A stretch of 64,000 nt of DNA from an uncultured Pseudomonadota bacterium (GCA_963749075.1 CAVVLJ010000016.1:576001-640000), one strand, 5' to 3'; numbered from the stretch's first letter, positions 12,101 through 22,516 are shown. The notes: generated by a model not told the origin, from the letters alone. Made by a program: numbers and translations.

Positions 12101-12179
12101 GCGGCTCGAGAGTATGATTTGCACGCCGGTTGGCATCGAGTACCTTCTTACGGGGAAGATATGTCCCGCTGCTGTAAGG

Positions 12180-12494
12180 ATGAAGGAGATGGTGCGTTCG
12201 CTGTTCCCGGATGCGGCTGCCCTGGCTTCCGTTTGCCGGCACCACCGGATTCGGCGGCTGTCGTTGTTCGGCTCGACCCTGACGGGCTCCGACCGGCCCG
12301 ATAGCGACGTGGACTTGCTGGTGGAATTCGAACCTGACGCCAGACCAAGCCTCCTCACCATGGCCAGTATCGAGATCGACCTGTCTCCCTTGTTGGGCGG
12401 ACGAAAGGTCGATTTGCGTACCGCACAGGATTTGAGCCGGTATTTCCGGGAACAAGTCGTCCAGACGGCAGAGCTGCAGTATGAAGCCCGATGA
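12180..12494 (+). CDS. Minimal nucleotidyltransferase (MNT/MntA-type antitoxin)
   Basis: [22 protein letters not shown] (GS-X10-DXD) and GRKVDL motifs; start is 12180 or 12189. Confidence 0.85.
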   Translation: MKEMVRSLFPDAAALASVCRHHRIRRLSLFGSTLTGSDRPDSDVDLLVEFEPDARPSLLTMASIEIDLSPLLGGRKVDLRTAQDLSRYFREQVVQTAELQYEAR

Positions 12495-12819
12495 CCGGGT
12501 CCGCCTCCGCCACATTGTCGATGCCTTGAGTTCCGCGATCCGTTTCACCGAGGGGCGGCACCGCGCGGATCTGGACAAGGACGAAATGCTGACATTCGCC
12601 CTGCTTCACGCTCTCCAGATCGCGGGAGAGGCCGCCAATAAGGTCAGCATTGAGACCCGAGACCGACACTCGCAGATTCCATGGGCGGTCGTCATCGCTA
12701 TGCGCCATCGTCTGGTTCATGCCTATTTCGACGTCAACCATGACATCCTATGGACGACGGCCACCGAGGCTGCTCCAGAACTCCTGGCTCAAGTCAAAGC
12801 GCTTCTCGATTTGGACTGA
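12481..12819 (+). CDS. HEPN/DUF86 ribonuclease toxin (HepT-type)
   Basis: IPW...MRHRLVHAY (R-X4-H-X-Y); overlaps the MNT gene. Confidence 0.85.
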   Translation: MKPDDRVRLRHIVDALSSAIRFTEGRHRADLDKDEMLTFALLHALQIAGEAANKVSIETRDRHSQIPWAVVIAMRHRLVHAYFDVNHDILWTTATEAAPELLAQVKALLDLD

Positions 12820-12897
12820 ACCATGGCGCTCCAAGCCTCCTTGCCGAGCGGCCGAAGCTGCGTCATCCTCCCCGCCTGAGCCTCGAGAGGGGGTGGC

Positions 12898-14187
12898 ATG
12901 ACCACGAACGAGGAGTTGCTCGAGCGCCGCAAGAATGCGGTGCCGCGCGGCGTCGCGACCGCGACCGGGGTCTTCGCCGCGCGCGCCGAGAACGCCGAGG
13001 TGTGGGACGTAGAGGGCAAGCGCTACATCGATTTCGCGGGCGGCATCGCGGTGCTCAATACCGGCCACCGCCATCCCAAGGTCATGGAGGCGGTGCGCCG
13101 GCAGATGGAGCGCTACACCCACCCCTGCTTCCAGGTGACGCCCTACGAGCCCTATGTGGCACTCGCGGAGAAGCTCAACCGGCTGGTGCCGACCGCGGGG
13201 CCGAACAAGACGATCTTCCTCACGACCGGCGCCGAGGCGGTCGAGAACGCCGTCAAGATCGCGCGCGCCGCCACCAGGCGGCCGGCCATCGTCTCCTTCG
13301 TGGGCGCCTTCCACGGCCGCACCATGATGACCATGGCGTTGACCGGCAAGGTCGATCCCTACAAGAAGGGCTTCGGTCCGTTCCCCGGCGAGGTCTATCA
13401 CGTGCCCTATCCCAACCGCTTCCACGGCGTCGAGCCCGAGGAGGCGCTCCATGCGCTCGAGTTCCTCTTCAAGGCGGACGTGGAGCCAGCGCGCGTGGCC
13501 GCCATCCTCATCGAGCCGGTGCAGGGCGAGGGCGGCTTCTACATCGCCCCCTTCGAGTTCCTCAAGGCACTGCGCAAGTTATGCGACGAGCACGGCATCC
13601 TCCTCATCGCCGACGAGATCCAGTGCGGCTTCGGCCGCACCGGCAAGATGTTCGCGATAGAGCACGCCGGCGTTAAGCCCGATCTCGTCGTCATGGCGAA
13701 GAGCTTGGCGGGCGGCCTGCCGCTCTCGGCCGTCACGGGGCGCGCCGAGCTCATGGACGCGGTCGATCCGGGCGGGCTCGGCGGTACTTACGCGGGCAAT
13801 CCGGTCGCCTGCGCCGCCGGCCTCGCCGTGCTCGAGGTCTTCGAGGAGGAGAAGCTCCTCGAGCGCAGCACCGCCATCGGCGAGCGCGTCGCACGGCGCA
13901 TGAGCGAGCTCGCCGTCAGCAACCGCTTTCCCTGCATCGGCGAGGTGAGGGGCCTCGGCGGCATGGTCGCCATCGAGCTCGTCGAGGACCGCACCACGAA
14001 GAAGCCCGCGACGGCGTTGACCAAGCGCTGGGCCGAGCGCAGCTTGGCCAACGGCCTCATCCTCCTCACCTGCGGAATCTACGGCAACGTGGCCCGCATC
14101 CTGGTGCCGCTCACCGCGAGCGACGCCATCGTCGAGGAAGGCTTGGGCCTCCTCGAGCGCTCCCTCGAAGAAGCGATGGCGGCGTAG
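12898..14187 (+). CDS. gabT: 4-aminobutyrate--2-oxoglutarate aminotransferase
   Basis: DFAGGIAVLNTGH, TGAEAVENAVKIAR, EPVQGEGGF, MAKSLAGG, GGTYAGNP. Confidence 0.9.
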   Translation: MTTNEELLERRKNAVPRGVATATGVFAARAENAEVWDVEGKRYIDFAGGIAVLNTGHRHPKVMEAVRRQMERYTHPCFQVTPYEPYVALAEKLNRLVPTAGPNKTIFLTTGAEAVENAVKIARAATRRPAIVSFVGAFHGRTMMTMALTGKVDPYKKGFGPFPGEVYHVPYPNRFHGVEPEEALHALEFLFKADVEPARVAAILIEPVQGEGGFYIAPFEFLKALRKLCDEHGILLIADEIQCGFGRTGKMFAIEHAGVKPDLVVMAKSLAGGLPLSAVTGRAELMDAVDPGGLGGTYAGNPVACAAGLAVLEVFEEEKLLERSTAIGERVARRMSELAVSNRFPCIGEVRGLGGMVAIELVEDRTTKKPATALTKRWAERSLANGLILLTCGIYGNVARILVPLTASDAIVEEGLGLLERSLEEAMAA

Positions 14188-14190
14188 CTA

Positions 14191-14262
14191 TCCCTCACCC
14201 TCCCATCGCTACGCGATGGGCCCCTCCCTCTCCCGCTTGCGGGAGAGGGTTGGGGTGAGGGA
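14191..14262. repeat. REP-like palindromic element between convergent genes
   Basis: TCCCTCACCCTCCCATCGCTACGCGATGGGCCCCTCCCTCTCCCGCTTGCGGGAGAGGGTTGGGGTGAGGGA. Confidence 0.8.
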
Positions 14263-14275
14263 CAGCACCGTGCCC

Positions 14276-15442
14276 TCAATAAGACTTCGGCAGCCCGAGC
14301 TCGTGCTCGGCGAGGTAGTTGAGGATCATGTGCAGGCTCACCGGGGCGATGCGCGTGATCCAGGCTTCGCGCAGGTAGCGCTCGACGTGATACTCCTCGG
14401 CGTAACCCATGCCGCCCAAGGTGAGCACCGCCGTGCCGCAGGCCTCGACGGCGGCCTCGGCGGCGAGGTATTTGGCGGCGTTCGCCTCGCTGCCGCAGTC
14501 CTTGCCCAGGTCGTAGAGCGAGGCCGCCTTGAGCGTCATGAGGTTGGCCGCCTCGAGCGCCGCCCACGACTTGGCGAGCGGGTGCTGGATGCCCTGGTTC
14601 TTGCCGATCGGCCGGCCGAAGACGACGCGCTCGCGGGCGTAAGCCGCGGCCTTGCGCAAGGCCGCGCGCCCGATGCCGACCGCCTCGGCGGCAACAAGGA
14701 TACGCTCCGGGTTGATGCCGTGGAGGATGGCGCGGAAGCCGCCGCCTTCCTCGCCGATGAGGTCGTCCGCCGGCACCGCCATCTCGTCGAAGAAGACCAT
14801 GTTCGAATCGACGGCGTGGCGTCCCATCTTGCGGATGAGGCGGACCTCGGCGTGCTCGCGGTCGAGGTCCGTGTAGAAGAGCGAGAGGCCGTCGGTCTTG
14901 CGCTTGACCCTGTCGAGCGGGGTGGTGCGCGCGAGCAGCAGCACCTTGCTCGCAACTTGCGCGGTCGAGGTCCAGATCTTGGTGCCGCTCACCACGTATT
15001 GGTTGCCGCGCCGCTCGGCCTTGGTCTTGAGCTCTGTGGTGTTGAGGCCGGCGTCGGGCTCGGTGACGGCGAAGCAGGCCTGGTCCTCGCCGCGGATGAG
15101 CGGCGGCAGCATGCGGCGCTGCTGCGCCTCCGTGCCGAAGACGACGACGGGATGGAGGCCGAAGATGTTCATGTGGATGGCCGAGCAGCCGCTGAGTGCG
15201 GCCCCCGATTCGGCGACCGCCTGCATCATGATCGCCGCCTCGCTGATGCCGAGGCCGGCGCCGCCGTAGACTTCGGGCATGGCGATGCCGAGCCAGCCGC
15301 CTTCCGCGACCGTCTTGTGGAACTCGCGCGGGAAGCGGGCCTCGCGCTCGCACGCGAGCCAATAATCGTCGCCGAAGCCGGCGCAGAGCTTGAGGATGGC
15401 CTCGCGGATCTGCTCCTGCTGGGGGCTCGGCAAGAAATCCAC
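14276..15442 (-). CDS. Acyl-CoA dehydrogenase family protein
   Basis: FAVTEPDAG, GTKIWTS, RVVFGRPIG, GGMGYAEEY. Confidence 0.92.
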   Translation of the reverse strand: MDFLPSPQQEQIREAILKLCAGFGDDYWLACEREARFPREFHKTVAEGGWLGIAMPEVYGGAGLGISEAAIMMQAVAESGAALSGCSAIHMNIFGLHPVVVFGTEAQQRRMLPPLIRGEDQACFAVTEPDAGLNTTELKTKAERRGNQYVVSGTKIWTSTAQVASKVLLLARTTPLDRVKRKTDGLSLFYTDLDREHAEVRLIRKMGRHAVDSNMVFFDEMAVPADDLIGEEGGGFRAILHGINPERILVAAEAVGIGRAALRKAAAYARERVVFGRPIGKNQGIQHPLAKSWAALEAANLMTLKAASLYDLGKDCGSEANAAKYLAAEAAVEACGTAVLTLGGMGYAEEYHVERYLREAWITRIAPVSLHMILNYLAEHELGLPKSY

Positions 15443-15466
15443 GGAGCAGCGCTCCCTCTCGCGGGG

Positions 15467-16534
15467 TCAGGCGTGAGAGACGCGGCGTACGACGGTGAAG
15501 CCCTTCCACGCCTCGGCGAAGGCATCGACCGCGCGGTCCACCTCGGCCGCTCCGATATGGCGGTGAGTGACGAGGCGGAGACGGGTGGGCCGCGCCGGTG
15601 CCACGCGCACGCCGCGCTCCGCGAGCGCCGCCGTCCACTCGAGGGCATTGTGCCGGCTCGCCGCAAGCTCGATGTTCACGATGTTGCTCTCGACCGCCGC
15701 CGGGGAGGCGAGGCTCGCATCGATGGCGTGGAGACCGCGGGCGAGGCGCTTGGCACTCGCGTGGTCGTCGGCCAGGCGCTCGATCATCTCCTCGAGCGCC
15801 ACGATGCCGGCGGCGGCGGCAAAGCCCGACTGGCGCATGTTGCCGCCCACCATGCGGCGGAAGGCCCGTGCGCGCTCGATGAAGGCGGCCGGGCCGCAGA
15901 GCAGCGAGCCGACCGGCGCCGAGAGCCCCTTGGAGATGCAGAAGCACACGGAATCGCCGTGCGCCGCGATGCGCTCGGCAGCGACCCCGAGCGCCACCGC
16001 GGCGTTGAAGAGGCGGGCGCCGTCGATGTGCACGGGCACGCCCGCGCCATGGGCGAGGCGGGCTACCTCGGCCATGTAGGCGAGCGGCAGCACGGCGCCG
16101 CCGGCCGCGTTGTGCGTGGTCTCGAGCGTCACGAGTGCGGTCGCGAGGCGGTTGCGCGAGAGACCGGGGGAGAGCGCCTCGGCGAGCGCCTCGAGCTCCA
16201 TGACGCCGCGCTCGGCGGGGATGGCGCGGTGGAAGAGCCCGGCGAGCCCGGCGATGCCGCCCATCTCCGAGCGCGCGATGTGGCACTCCGCGTCGAACAG
16301 CACCTCGCCGCCGCGCCCGCCATGGGCGAGGAGGGCCACGAGGTTGGCCATGGTGCCGCTCGGCACGAAGATGGCGGCCTCCTTCCCCGTGCGCCTGGCC
16401 GCGAGCGCCTCGAGGGCACCCACGGTCGGGTCGCCGTCGCGCGCGTCGTCGCCGAGCTCGGCTGCGGCCATGCGCGCGCGCATCCGCTCGGTCGGCAGCG
16501 TCACCGTATCGCTTCTGAGGTCGATCGCCGTCAT
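15467..16534 (-). CDS. ltaE: Low-specificity L-threonine aldolase family protein
   Basis: IDLRSDTVT, PSGTMAN, HIDGARLFNA, CISKGLSAPVGS. Confidence 0.85.
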   Translation of the reverse strand: MTAIDLRSDTVTLPTERMRARMAAAELGDDARDGDPTVGALEALAARRTGKEAAIFVPSGTMANLVALLAHGGRGGEVLFDAECHIARSEMGGIAGLAGLFHRAIPAERGVMELEALAEALSPGLSRNRLATALVTLETTHNAAGGAVLPLAYMAEVARLAHGAGVPVHIDGARLFNAAVALGVAAERIAAHGDSVCFCISKGLSAPVGSLLCGPAAFIERARAFRRMVGGNMRQSGFAAAAGIVALEEMIERLADDHASAKRLARGLHAIDASLASPAAVESNIVNIELAASRHNALEWTAALAERGVRVAPARPTRLRLVTHRHIGAAEVDRAVDAFAEAWKGFTVVRRVSHA

Positions 16535-16712
16535 GGCCAGCACTCCATCGCGTTGAGAGATCAAGGACCGCGCACTCTACCCTGCCGGCGCGCGCCAAAG
16601 AATAAGCATGGAAGCGGCCGCCGCTGCAACGTCCAGGGGCTTGATCGCAGAGGCTCCGGCGGGCGATGCTGCGCCTCATACGGCTCGAACGACGCCAGAG
16701 GAGGAAACGGCC

Positions 16713-17144
16713 ATGGCAAGCGATCTCTTCAAGAAGGGGCTGCGGGTGCGGCGCGCGGTCCTCGGACGCGCCTACGTGAACAAGAGCCTGGCGTCGGCGA
16801 CGCCCTTCACCATGCCGTTCCAGGAGCTCACCACCGAATATTGCTGGGGCAAGGTGTGGTCGCGGCCGGGCCTCCCGCGCAAGACCCGCAGCTTCCTCAA
16901 CCTCGCCATGCTGTGCGCGCTCAACCGTCCGCACGAGCTCAAGCTCCATGTGCGGGGCGCCCTCACCAACGGCATCACGCCGGGCGAGATCCAGGAAGTG
17001 ATGCTGCAGGTCGCCATCTATTGCGGCATTCCCGCCTCGCTCGACGGCTTCCGCGTGGCGCGCGAGGTGCTGGAGGAGGCCGGCAGCGCCGCACCCAAGG
17101 GCCGCAAGCGCGCGAAGGCCACGCGCAGAGGAGCCAAGCGATGA
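16713..17144 (+). CDS. Carboxymuconolactone decarboxylase family protein
   Basis: EYCWGKVWSRPGL, ELKLHVRGAL, AIYCGIPA; GAGGAGG RBS. Confidence 0.88.
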   Translation: MASDLFKKGLRVRRAVLGRAYVNKSLASATPFTMPFQELTTEYCWGKVWSRPGLPRKTRSFLNLAMLCALNRPHELKLHVRGALTNGITPGEIQEVMLQVAIYCGIPASLDGFRVAREVLEEAGSAAPKGRKRAKATRRGAKR

Positions 17145-18100
17145 CCATGCGCGCCGCCATCCTCGACGACTACCAGGACGCAGCGCTTGCCGCCGCCGAC
17201 TGGACGAGCCTCGGCCCTGCCGTGGCGACGACGGCCTTCCGCGACACGCTCGCCGACATCGACAAGGTGGCGGCGCGTCTGGCCGAATTCGAGATCGTCG
17301 TCGCCATGCGGGAGCGCACGCCCTTCCCGCAAGCGCTCCTCGAGCGCCTGCCCAAGCTCAAGCTCCTCGTCACCACGGGGAAGCGCAACGCCGCCATCGA
17401 CATGAAGGCGGCCGCGGCTCGGGGTGTGGTGGTGTGCGGCACCGACATGCTGGGCTATCCCACGGCCGAGCTCGCCTGGGGCCTCATCCTGGCGCTCGCG
17501 CGCCACATTCCGCGCGAGGAGCGCAGCATGCGCGCGGGCGGCTGGCAGACGACGCTCGGCGTAGGCCTGCAAGGGAAGACGCTCGGCCTCCTGGGCCTGG
17601 GCAACCTCGGCAGCCAGGTGGCGCGCATCGGCATCGCCTTCGGCATGACGGCGATCGGCTGGAGCCAGAACCTCACTGCCGAGCGCGCCGCCTCGGTGGG
17701 TGCGCAACTCGTGAGCAAGGAGGAGCTCTTCCGCCGCGCCGACGTGCTCAGCGTCCACCTGGTGCTGAGCGGGCGCACGCGCGGCCTGGTGGGCGCCGCG
17801 GATTTGGCGCTCATGAAGCCCTCGGCCATGCTCGTCAACAGCTCGCGCGGGCCGATCGTCGACGGTTCGGCGCTCATCGCGGCCCTCGAAGGCCGTCGCA
17901 TCGCGGGTGCCGCACTCGACGTCTACGACACCGAGCCGCTCCCCGCCGACCACCCGCTGAGGCGCCTCGACAACGTCGTGCTGACGCCGCATCTCGGCTA
18001 CGTGACGGCCGAGAACTACCGCCTGGCTTATGCCTGCGCGGTCGAGGACATCCGCGCCTACCTCGACGGCAAGCCGGTGCGCGTGCTGAACGCGGGGTGA
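17141..18100 (+). CDS. D-2-hydroxyacid dehydrogenase family protein
   Basis: AILDDYQ, MRERT, GLGNLG, NSSRGPIVD, TPHLGY; this is the C-terminal part of the spurious 14216..18100 ORF. Confidence 0.92.
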   Translation: MTMRAAILDDYQDAALAAADWTSLGPAVATTAFRDTLADIDKVAARLAEFEIVVAMRERTPFPQALLERLPKLKLLVTTGKRNAAIDMKAAAARGVVVCGTDMLGYPTAELAWGLILALARHIPREERSMRAGGWQTTLGVGLQGKTLGLLGLGNLGSQVARIGIAFGMTAIGWSQNLTAERAASVGAQLVSKEELFRRADVLSVHLVLSGRTRGLVGAADLALMKPSAMLVNSSRGPIVDGSALIAALEGRRIAGAALDVYDTEPLPADHPLRRLDNVVLTPHLGYVTAENYRLAYACAVEDIRAYLDGKPVRVLNAG

Positions 18101-18130
18101 GCCTCAGGGTCGAGGAACCCTGGGTATCCC

Positions 18131-19312
18131 TCACCCCCGCAGCGCCTGTGCCGCGGCCGCGATGCCGGCGCCGTGCTGGAAGCGGTGGCCGAGCTCGGCG
18201 AGCACGTCCTCGAGATGGATGAGGTCGGTCAGGATGTCGCCCTCGAAGATGTGCCCCATGGTGCCGATGCGGATCACCTTGCCGGCGAGCTTGTTGCGCG
18301 CACCGGCGATCACGGTGCGGTGCTTCTCGTGGAGCCGGCGCACGATGGCGCTCGCCTGGATGCCCTCTGGCACGGCGAAGACCGAGACGGTCGGCGAGAG
18401 AGCGCCGCTCCGCGCATAAGAGGGGAGGCCGATCGCGGCGGCACCTGCCCTGAGCGCCGAGGCGAGGCGGCGGTGGCGCGCGAGCACCTGCTCGAGCCCC
18501 TCCTCATGGATCATGCGGAGCGCCTCGGCCACGCCCTGGATGAGGGCGACGGGCGAGGTATAGGGCGTCGCACCCTGCTCGATCTCCTCGCCATAGCGGC
18601 GGAAATCGAAGTAGAAGCGCGGCGAGCGGTCGTCGCGGCGCACCACCTCCCAGGCCTTGGCGCTCACGCTCGCGACGCCCACACCGGGCGGGCACATGAG
18701 AGCCTTTTGCGAGGCTGAGACGACGATGTCGGCGCCCCAGGCGTCCTGGCGCATCTCGAGGCCGGCAAGCCCGCTCACGGAATCGACGAGGAGGAGCGTC
18801 GGGCGATCGCGCATGACGGCGCCGAGCGCGGCGAGATCGGCAACGACGCCGGTCGAGCTCTCGTTGTGCACCAGCACGACGGCGCGGTAGTCGGCATCCT
18901 TCGCCCGGGCCTCGACGGCCGCCGCATCGACCGCCTCGCCCCAAGGCACCTCGAGCGTCTCGACCACGGCGCCGAGCGCCTTGCCGATGGCGGCGAAGCG
19001 CTCGCCGAACTGGCCGTTGACCACCACGAGCAGGCGCTCGCCCGGCGCCAGCACGTTGGCGAGGCAGGCCTCCATCATGCCGGTGCCGCTGGCGGCGAAG
19101 AAGAGGACGCGGTTCCGCGTGCCGAGCACCGGGCGTAGCAGGGATTCGGCTTCGCGGAGGATGTCGCGGAACTCGGGTCCCCGGTGGGCCAACATGGGCC
19201 GCGCGGTCGCCTGGCGCACGCGCTCGGGTACCGTGGTCGGGCCGGGCAGGCGCAGCCGGTAGGGCTCGGGCGCCAAGTTGGCGGTCGTCGGGGTTGCGGC
19301 CGGGTCGTTCAT
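18131..19312 (-). CDS. Class V PLP aminotransferase (alanine/serine--glyoxylate aminotransferase-like)
   Basis: LPGPT, SGTGMME, HNESSTG, DSVS, SASQKALMCPPG. Confidence 0.9.
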   Translation of the reverse strand: MNDPAATPTTANLAPEPYRLRLPGPTTVPERVRQATARPMLAHRGPEFRDILREAESLLRPVLGTRNRVLFFAASGTGMMEACLANVLAPGERLLVVVNGQFGERFAAIGKALGAVVETLEVPWGEAVDAAAVEARAKDADYRAVVLVHNESSTGVVADLAALGAVMRDRPTLLLVDSVSGLAGLEMRQDAWGADIVVSASQKALMCPPGVGVASVSAKAWEVVRRDDRSPRFYFDFRRYGEEIEQGATPYTSPVALIQGVAEALRMIHEEGLEQVLARHRRLASALRAGAAAIGLPSYARSGALSPTVSVFAVPEGIQASAIVRRLHEKHRTVIAGARNKLAGKVIRIGTMGHIFEGDILTDLIHLEDVLAELGHRFQHGAGIAAAAQALRG

Positions 19313-19481
19313 GGGGAAGCGCTCGTTGCCATGATAGGGCGGCGCCGGGCGTCCCCCTTGACGGCCGCTATCTATGCGCCGGCCGTGGAAAGCGTCAATA
19401 CAGCCGCCATTTCAACCTTCCGGGCAGCAGCGGCTTGTTGTAGGGTGCAAGCGGGGAAGCGACGGGGAGCGAGGAGGGCGC

Positions 19482-21248
19482 ATGGGCGGGAGTGGAGAGG
19501 GCTTGGTCGGGCTGGGCCGTGCGGGGAGCCATCGCCACGTGCTGCTCGGCAGCCGGCACATGGTGTCGTCCGCCCATTTCGCTGCTGCCCATGCCGGCTT
19601 CCTCGTGCTCGAGGCCGGCGGCAATGCCATCGACGCCGGCGTCGCGGCCGGCTTCATGCTCGGCGTGGCGCAAAGTGACATCGTGAACGTGGCGGGCGTG
19701 GCGCCGATCATGCTCTATCTCGCAGCCAGCCGCGAGGTGCTGACCATCGACGGCCTCGGCGTCTGGCCGCGCGCCGCCTCGCTCGAGCATTTCGAGCGCG
19801 AGCATGGCGGGGTGATCCCCGAGGGCCTCTTACGCACCGTGACGCCGGCCGCCCCCGCCGCTTGGCTCGCCGCCCTCGAGCGCTACGGCACCATGAGCTT
19901 CGGCGAGGTGGCATCGGCCGCTATCCGCCTGGCGCGCGAAGGCTTTCCCATGCATCCGCCCATGGCGGACTACATCGCGCGCAACGTGCCGCGCTACAGG
20001 CAGTGGGCGCAGAACGCCGCCATCTACCTGCCGAACGGCCGGCCCCCCGAGGCGGGCGAGATCTTCGTGCAGAGCGACCTCGCGGCGAGCCTGCAGTACA
20101 TGGCCGATGAGGAGCAGGCGGCCAGGAAGCGCGGCCGCGCGGCCGGGATCCGGGCGGCGCGCGACGCCTTCTACCGCGGCGACATCGCCAAGCGCATCGC
20201 GAATTATCACCGCCAGCACGGCGGCTGGCTGAGCGAGGAGGACCTGGCGGATTATCGCGTGCGCTTCGAGGCCCCCGTGCAATGCCGCTATGGCGAGGTC
20301 GAGCTCTATACCTGCGGGCCGTGGTGCCAGGGGCCGGTGCTCGCCGAGATCCTGCGCATCATCGACGGCATCGACTTGGGGGCACTCGGCCACAATTCGC
20401 CGGCCTACGTGCATCTCCTGACCGAGGCGATCAAGCTCGCCTTCGCCGACCGCGAGGCCTATTTCGGCGACCCGCGGTTCGTCGACGTGCCGCTCGAGAC
20501 GCTGCTCTCGGACCGCTATGCCGCGGCAAGGCGCGCCGAGATCGACCCCAAGCGCGCCGCACCCGCCATGCCGCCCGCCGGCCGTGCCCGGGCGGATCAG
20601 GAAGCGCCGCGCATGGCGCTCGCCGCGACGGCCGAGGCGGGTGGTGCGGTTCCGCGCACCGCGCACGACACCTCCTACGTCGCCGTCGTCGACCGCCACG
20701 GCAACGTCTTCTCGGCGACGCCGAGCGACACCTCGAGCGACAGCGAGGTCATCCCGGGAACCGGCCTCGTGCCCTCCTCGCGCGGCTGCCAGTCGCGCAC
20801 CGACCGTGGCCACCCGAGCGTGCTGGCCCCCGGCAAGCGGCCGCGCTTGACGCCCAACCCGGCCATCGCCTTCTTCGGCGGCCGTGCCGCCATGCCCTTC
20901 GGCACGCCCGGCGGCGACGTGCAGAGCCAGGCCATGCTCCAGGTGCTGCTCAACGTGGCGGTGTTCGGCATGGACCTGCAGGCGGCGGTCGAGGCGCCGC
21001 GCTTCGCGAGCTACAGCTTCCCCAATTCCTTCGCACCCCACGACTACCATCCGGGGCGGCTCACCCTCGAGGCGCGCATCCCCGAGGCGACGCGCAACGC
21101 GCTCGCAGCGCTCGGCCACCGAATCGAGCCGTGGCCCGAATGGTCGTGGAATGCGGGTGCGGTCTGCGCCGTGGCGCGGGACAACGAGAGCGGCGTGCTC
21201 GCGGCGGGTGCCGATCCGCGGCGCTCGTCCTACGCCGTCGGCTGGTAG
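19482..21248 (+). CDS. ggt: Gamma-glutamyltransferase family protein (no evident signal peptide)
   Basis: GGNAIDAGVAA, catalytic Thr in HDTSYVAVVD, PGKRPR, GTPGGD, GADPRR. Confidence 0.85.
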   Translation: MGGSGEGLVGLGRAGSHRHVLLGSRHMVSSAHFAAAHAGFLVLEAGGNAIDAGVAAGFMLGVAQSDIVNVAGVAPIMLYLAASREVLTIDGLGVWPRAASLEHFEREHGGVIPEGLLRTVTPAAPAAWLAALERYGTMSFGEVASAAIRLAREGFPMHPPMADYIARNVPRYRQWAQNAAIYLPNGRPPEAGEIFVQSDLAASLQYMADEEQAARKRGRAAGIRAARDAFYRGDIAKRIANYHRQHGGWLSEEDLADYRVRFEAPVQCRYGEVELYTCGPWCQGPVLAEILRIIDGIDLGALGHNSPAYVHLLTEAIKLAFADREAYFGDPRFVDVPLETLLSDRYAAARRAEIDPKRAAPAMPPAGRARADQEAPRMALAATAEAGGAVPRTAHDTSYVAVVDRHGNVFSATPSDTSSDSEVIPGTGLVPSSRGCQSRTDRGHPSVLAPGKRPRLTPNPAIAFFGGRAAMPFGTPGGDVQSQAMLQVLLNVAVFGMDLQAAVEAPRFASYSFPNSFAPHDYHPGRLTLEARIPEATRNALAALGHRIEPWPEWSWNAGAVCAVARDNESGVLAAGADPRRSSYAVGW

Positions 21249-21291
21249 GCCGGGCGGCGGCTTGATGGCAAGGCAATAGGTGGAGGGCACG

Positions 21292-22353
21292 ATGCGTCGT
21301 CGCGATTTTCTCAGGACGAGTGCGGCAGCACTCAGCATCCCCGCCGGGCTCGGCCTGGCGCAGAGCGCTTTCGCCGCCGATCCGCCCAACGAGCTCAAGG
21401 TGCTGACCTGGGGCAGCGCCTGGGGCAACGCGCTCAAGGAAGGTGCGGACGCCGATTTCACCCAGGAGACCGGCATGCAGGTCGACCTGGACACCGGCAC
21501 CATCGCCGTCAACCGCATCGCCAAGCTCAAGAGCAGCTTAGCCAGCCAGACCTACGACATCGTCCAGCTCTATGACGCGCTGTGGCCGTTCGCCATTGCC
21601 AATGGCCTGCTCGAGCGCATCGACGCCAAATCGCCGAGCTTCAAGAACCTCAAGGACATCTATCCGCGCTTCGTCCATCCCTATTGGGTGGCGACGATCT
21701 TCTCGGCCATCGGCATCGCCTTCAACGTCAACCAGGTGAAGACGCCGCCGACCGCCTTCAAGGATCTGTGGCGGCCGGAGTTCAGGGGCCGCATCGTGCT
21801 GCCGGACATCACGGACCCCATCGGCTTCGATCTCGTGCCCATCGGCGCGCTCGCCTCGGGCAAGCCTGCCAGCGACTTCGACGCCGGCTTCGAGATGCTC
21901 AAGCGCATGGCGGCGCAGCAGCCGATCTGGGCCAAGGACGGGCTCGCCTCGACCACGGCCTTTCGCGAGGGACGCGCCGTCATCGGCGTCATCTACGCTT
22001 CGGAAGCGCCCACGCTGCACGCCATGAACGTGCCGGTCAAATGGGTGTTCCCCGCCGAGGGCGCCATCTCCGCCTCGTGGGGGACCGGCATCGTCAAGGG
22101 AACGAAGAACAAGGTGCCGGCCGAGCGCTATCTCGACCTCGCCTTGGCGGCCAAGAACGAGGCGCCCTTCAGCAGGGCCTTCAACTATGCCGGCACCAAC
22201 GACAAGGCGCTCGGCCAGTTGACACCCGAGCAGCAGGCGCGCGTGCGCTTCACCGACGATGAGCTCAAGCGCCTGGTCGAGCTCGACCACGCCTACATTG
22301 CCAAGAATCGCCCGCAATTGACCGATCGCTGGAAGCACACGCTCGGCGGCTGA
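21292..22353 (+). CDS. Tat-exported ABC substrate-binding protein (PotD/PotF-like)
   Basis: MRRRDFL Tat signal; TWGSAW, GIAFN, DLWRPEFRGRI, FPAEGA. Confidence 0.8.
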   Translation: MRRRDFLRTSAAALSIPAGLGLAQSAFAADPPNELKVLTWGSAWGNALKEGADADFTQETGMQVDLDTGTIAVNRIAKLKSSLASQTYDIVQLYDALWPFAIANGLLERIDAKSPSFKNLKDIYPRFVHPYWVATIFSAIGIAFNVNQVKTPPTAFKDLWRPEFRGRIVLPDITDPIGFDLVPIGALASGKPASDFDAGFEMLKRMAAQQPIWAKDGLASTTAFREGRAVIGVIYASEAPTLHAMNVPVKWVFPAEGAISASWGTGIVKGTKNKVPAERYLDLALAAKNEAPFSRAFNYAGTNDKALGQLTPEQQARVRFTDDELKRLVELDHAYIAKNRPQLTDRWKHTLGG

Positions 22354-22402
22354 GCGGGGAAGCCGGCATACTCCGGCTGCCGCGCCGCGCGGTGGTGCGG
22401 CC

Positions 22403-22449
22403 TATCGGCTTGGTCTATGCGAGCCATAGCAAATATCGATTTGCTTTAT
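22403..22449 (+). promoter_or_regulatory. LysR operator upstream of phnX
   Basis: ATCG-N7-CTAT and ATAG-N7-CGAT (T-N11-A) boxes; 47-bp block conserved with the phnW upstream region. Confidence 0.7.
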
Positions 22450-22516
22450 AGGACGGAGCGGGCCCATATGCCGCCCCGGGCATGAGCCTGTGCCCGGCGC
22501 GCTGAGGGAGAGAGGG

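Noticed and set aside
14079-18100. Very long ORFs 14216..18100 (+) and 14079..16949 (-)
   Set aside because: High-GC shadow frames; only 17141..18100 of the plus ORF has a recognisable domain, and the rest overlaps real minus-strand genes.
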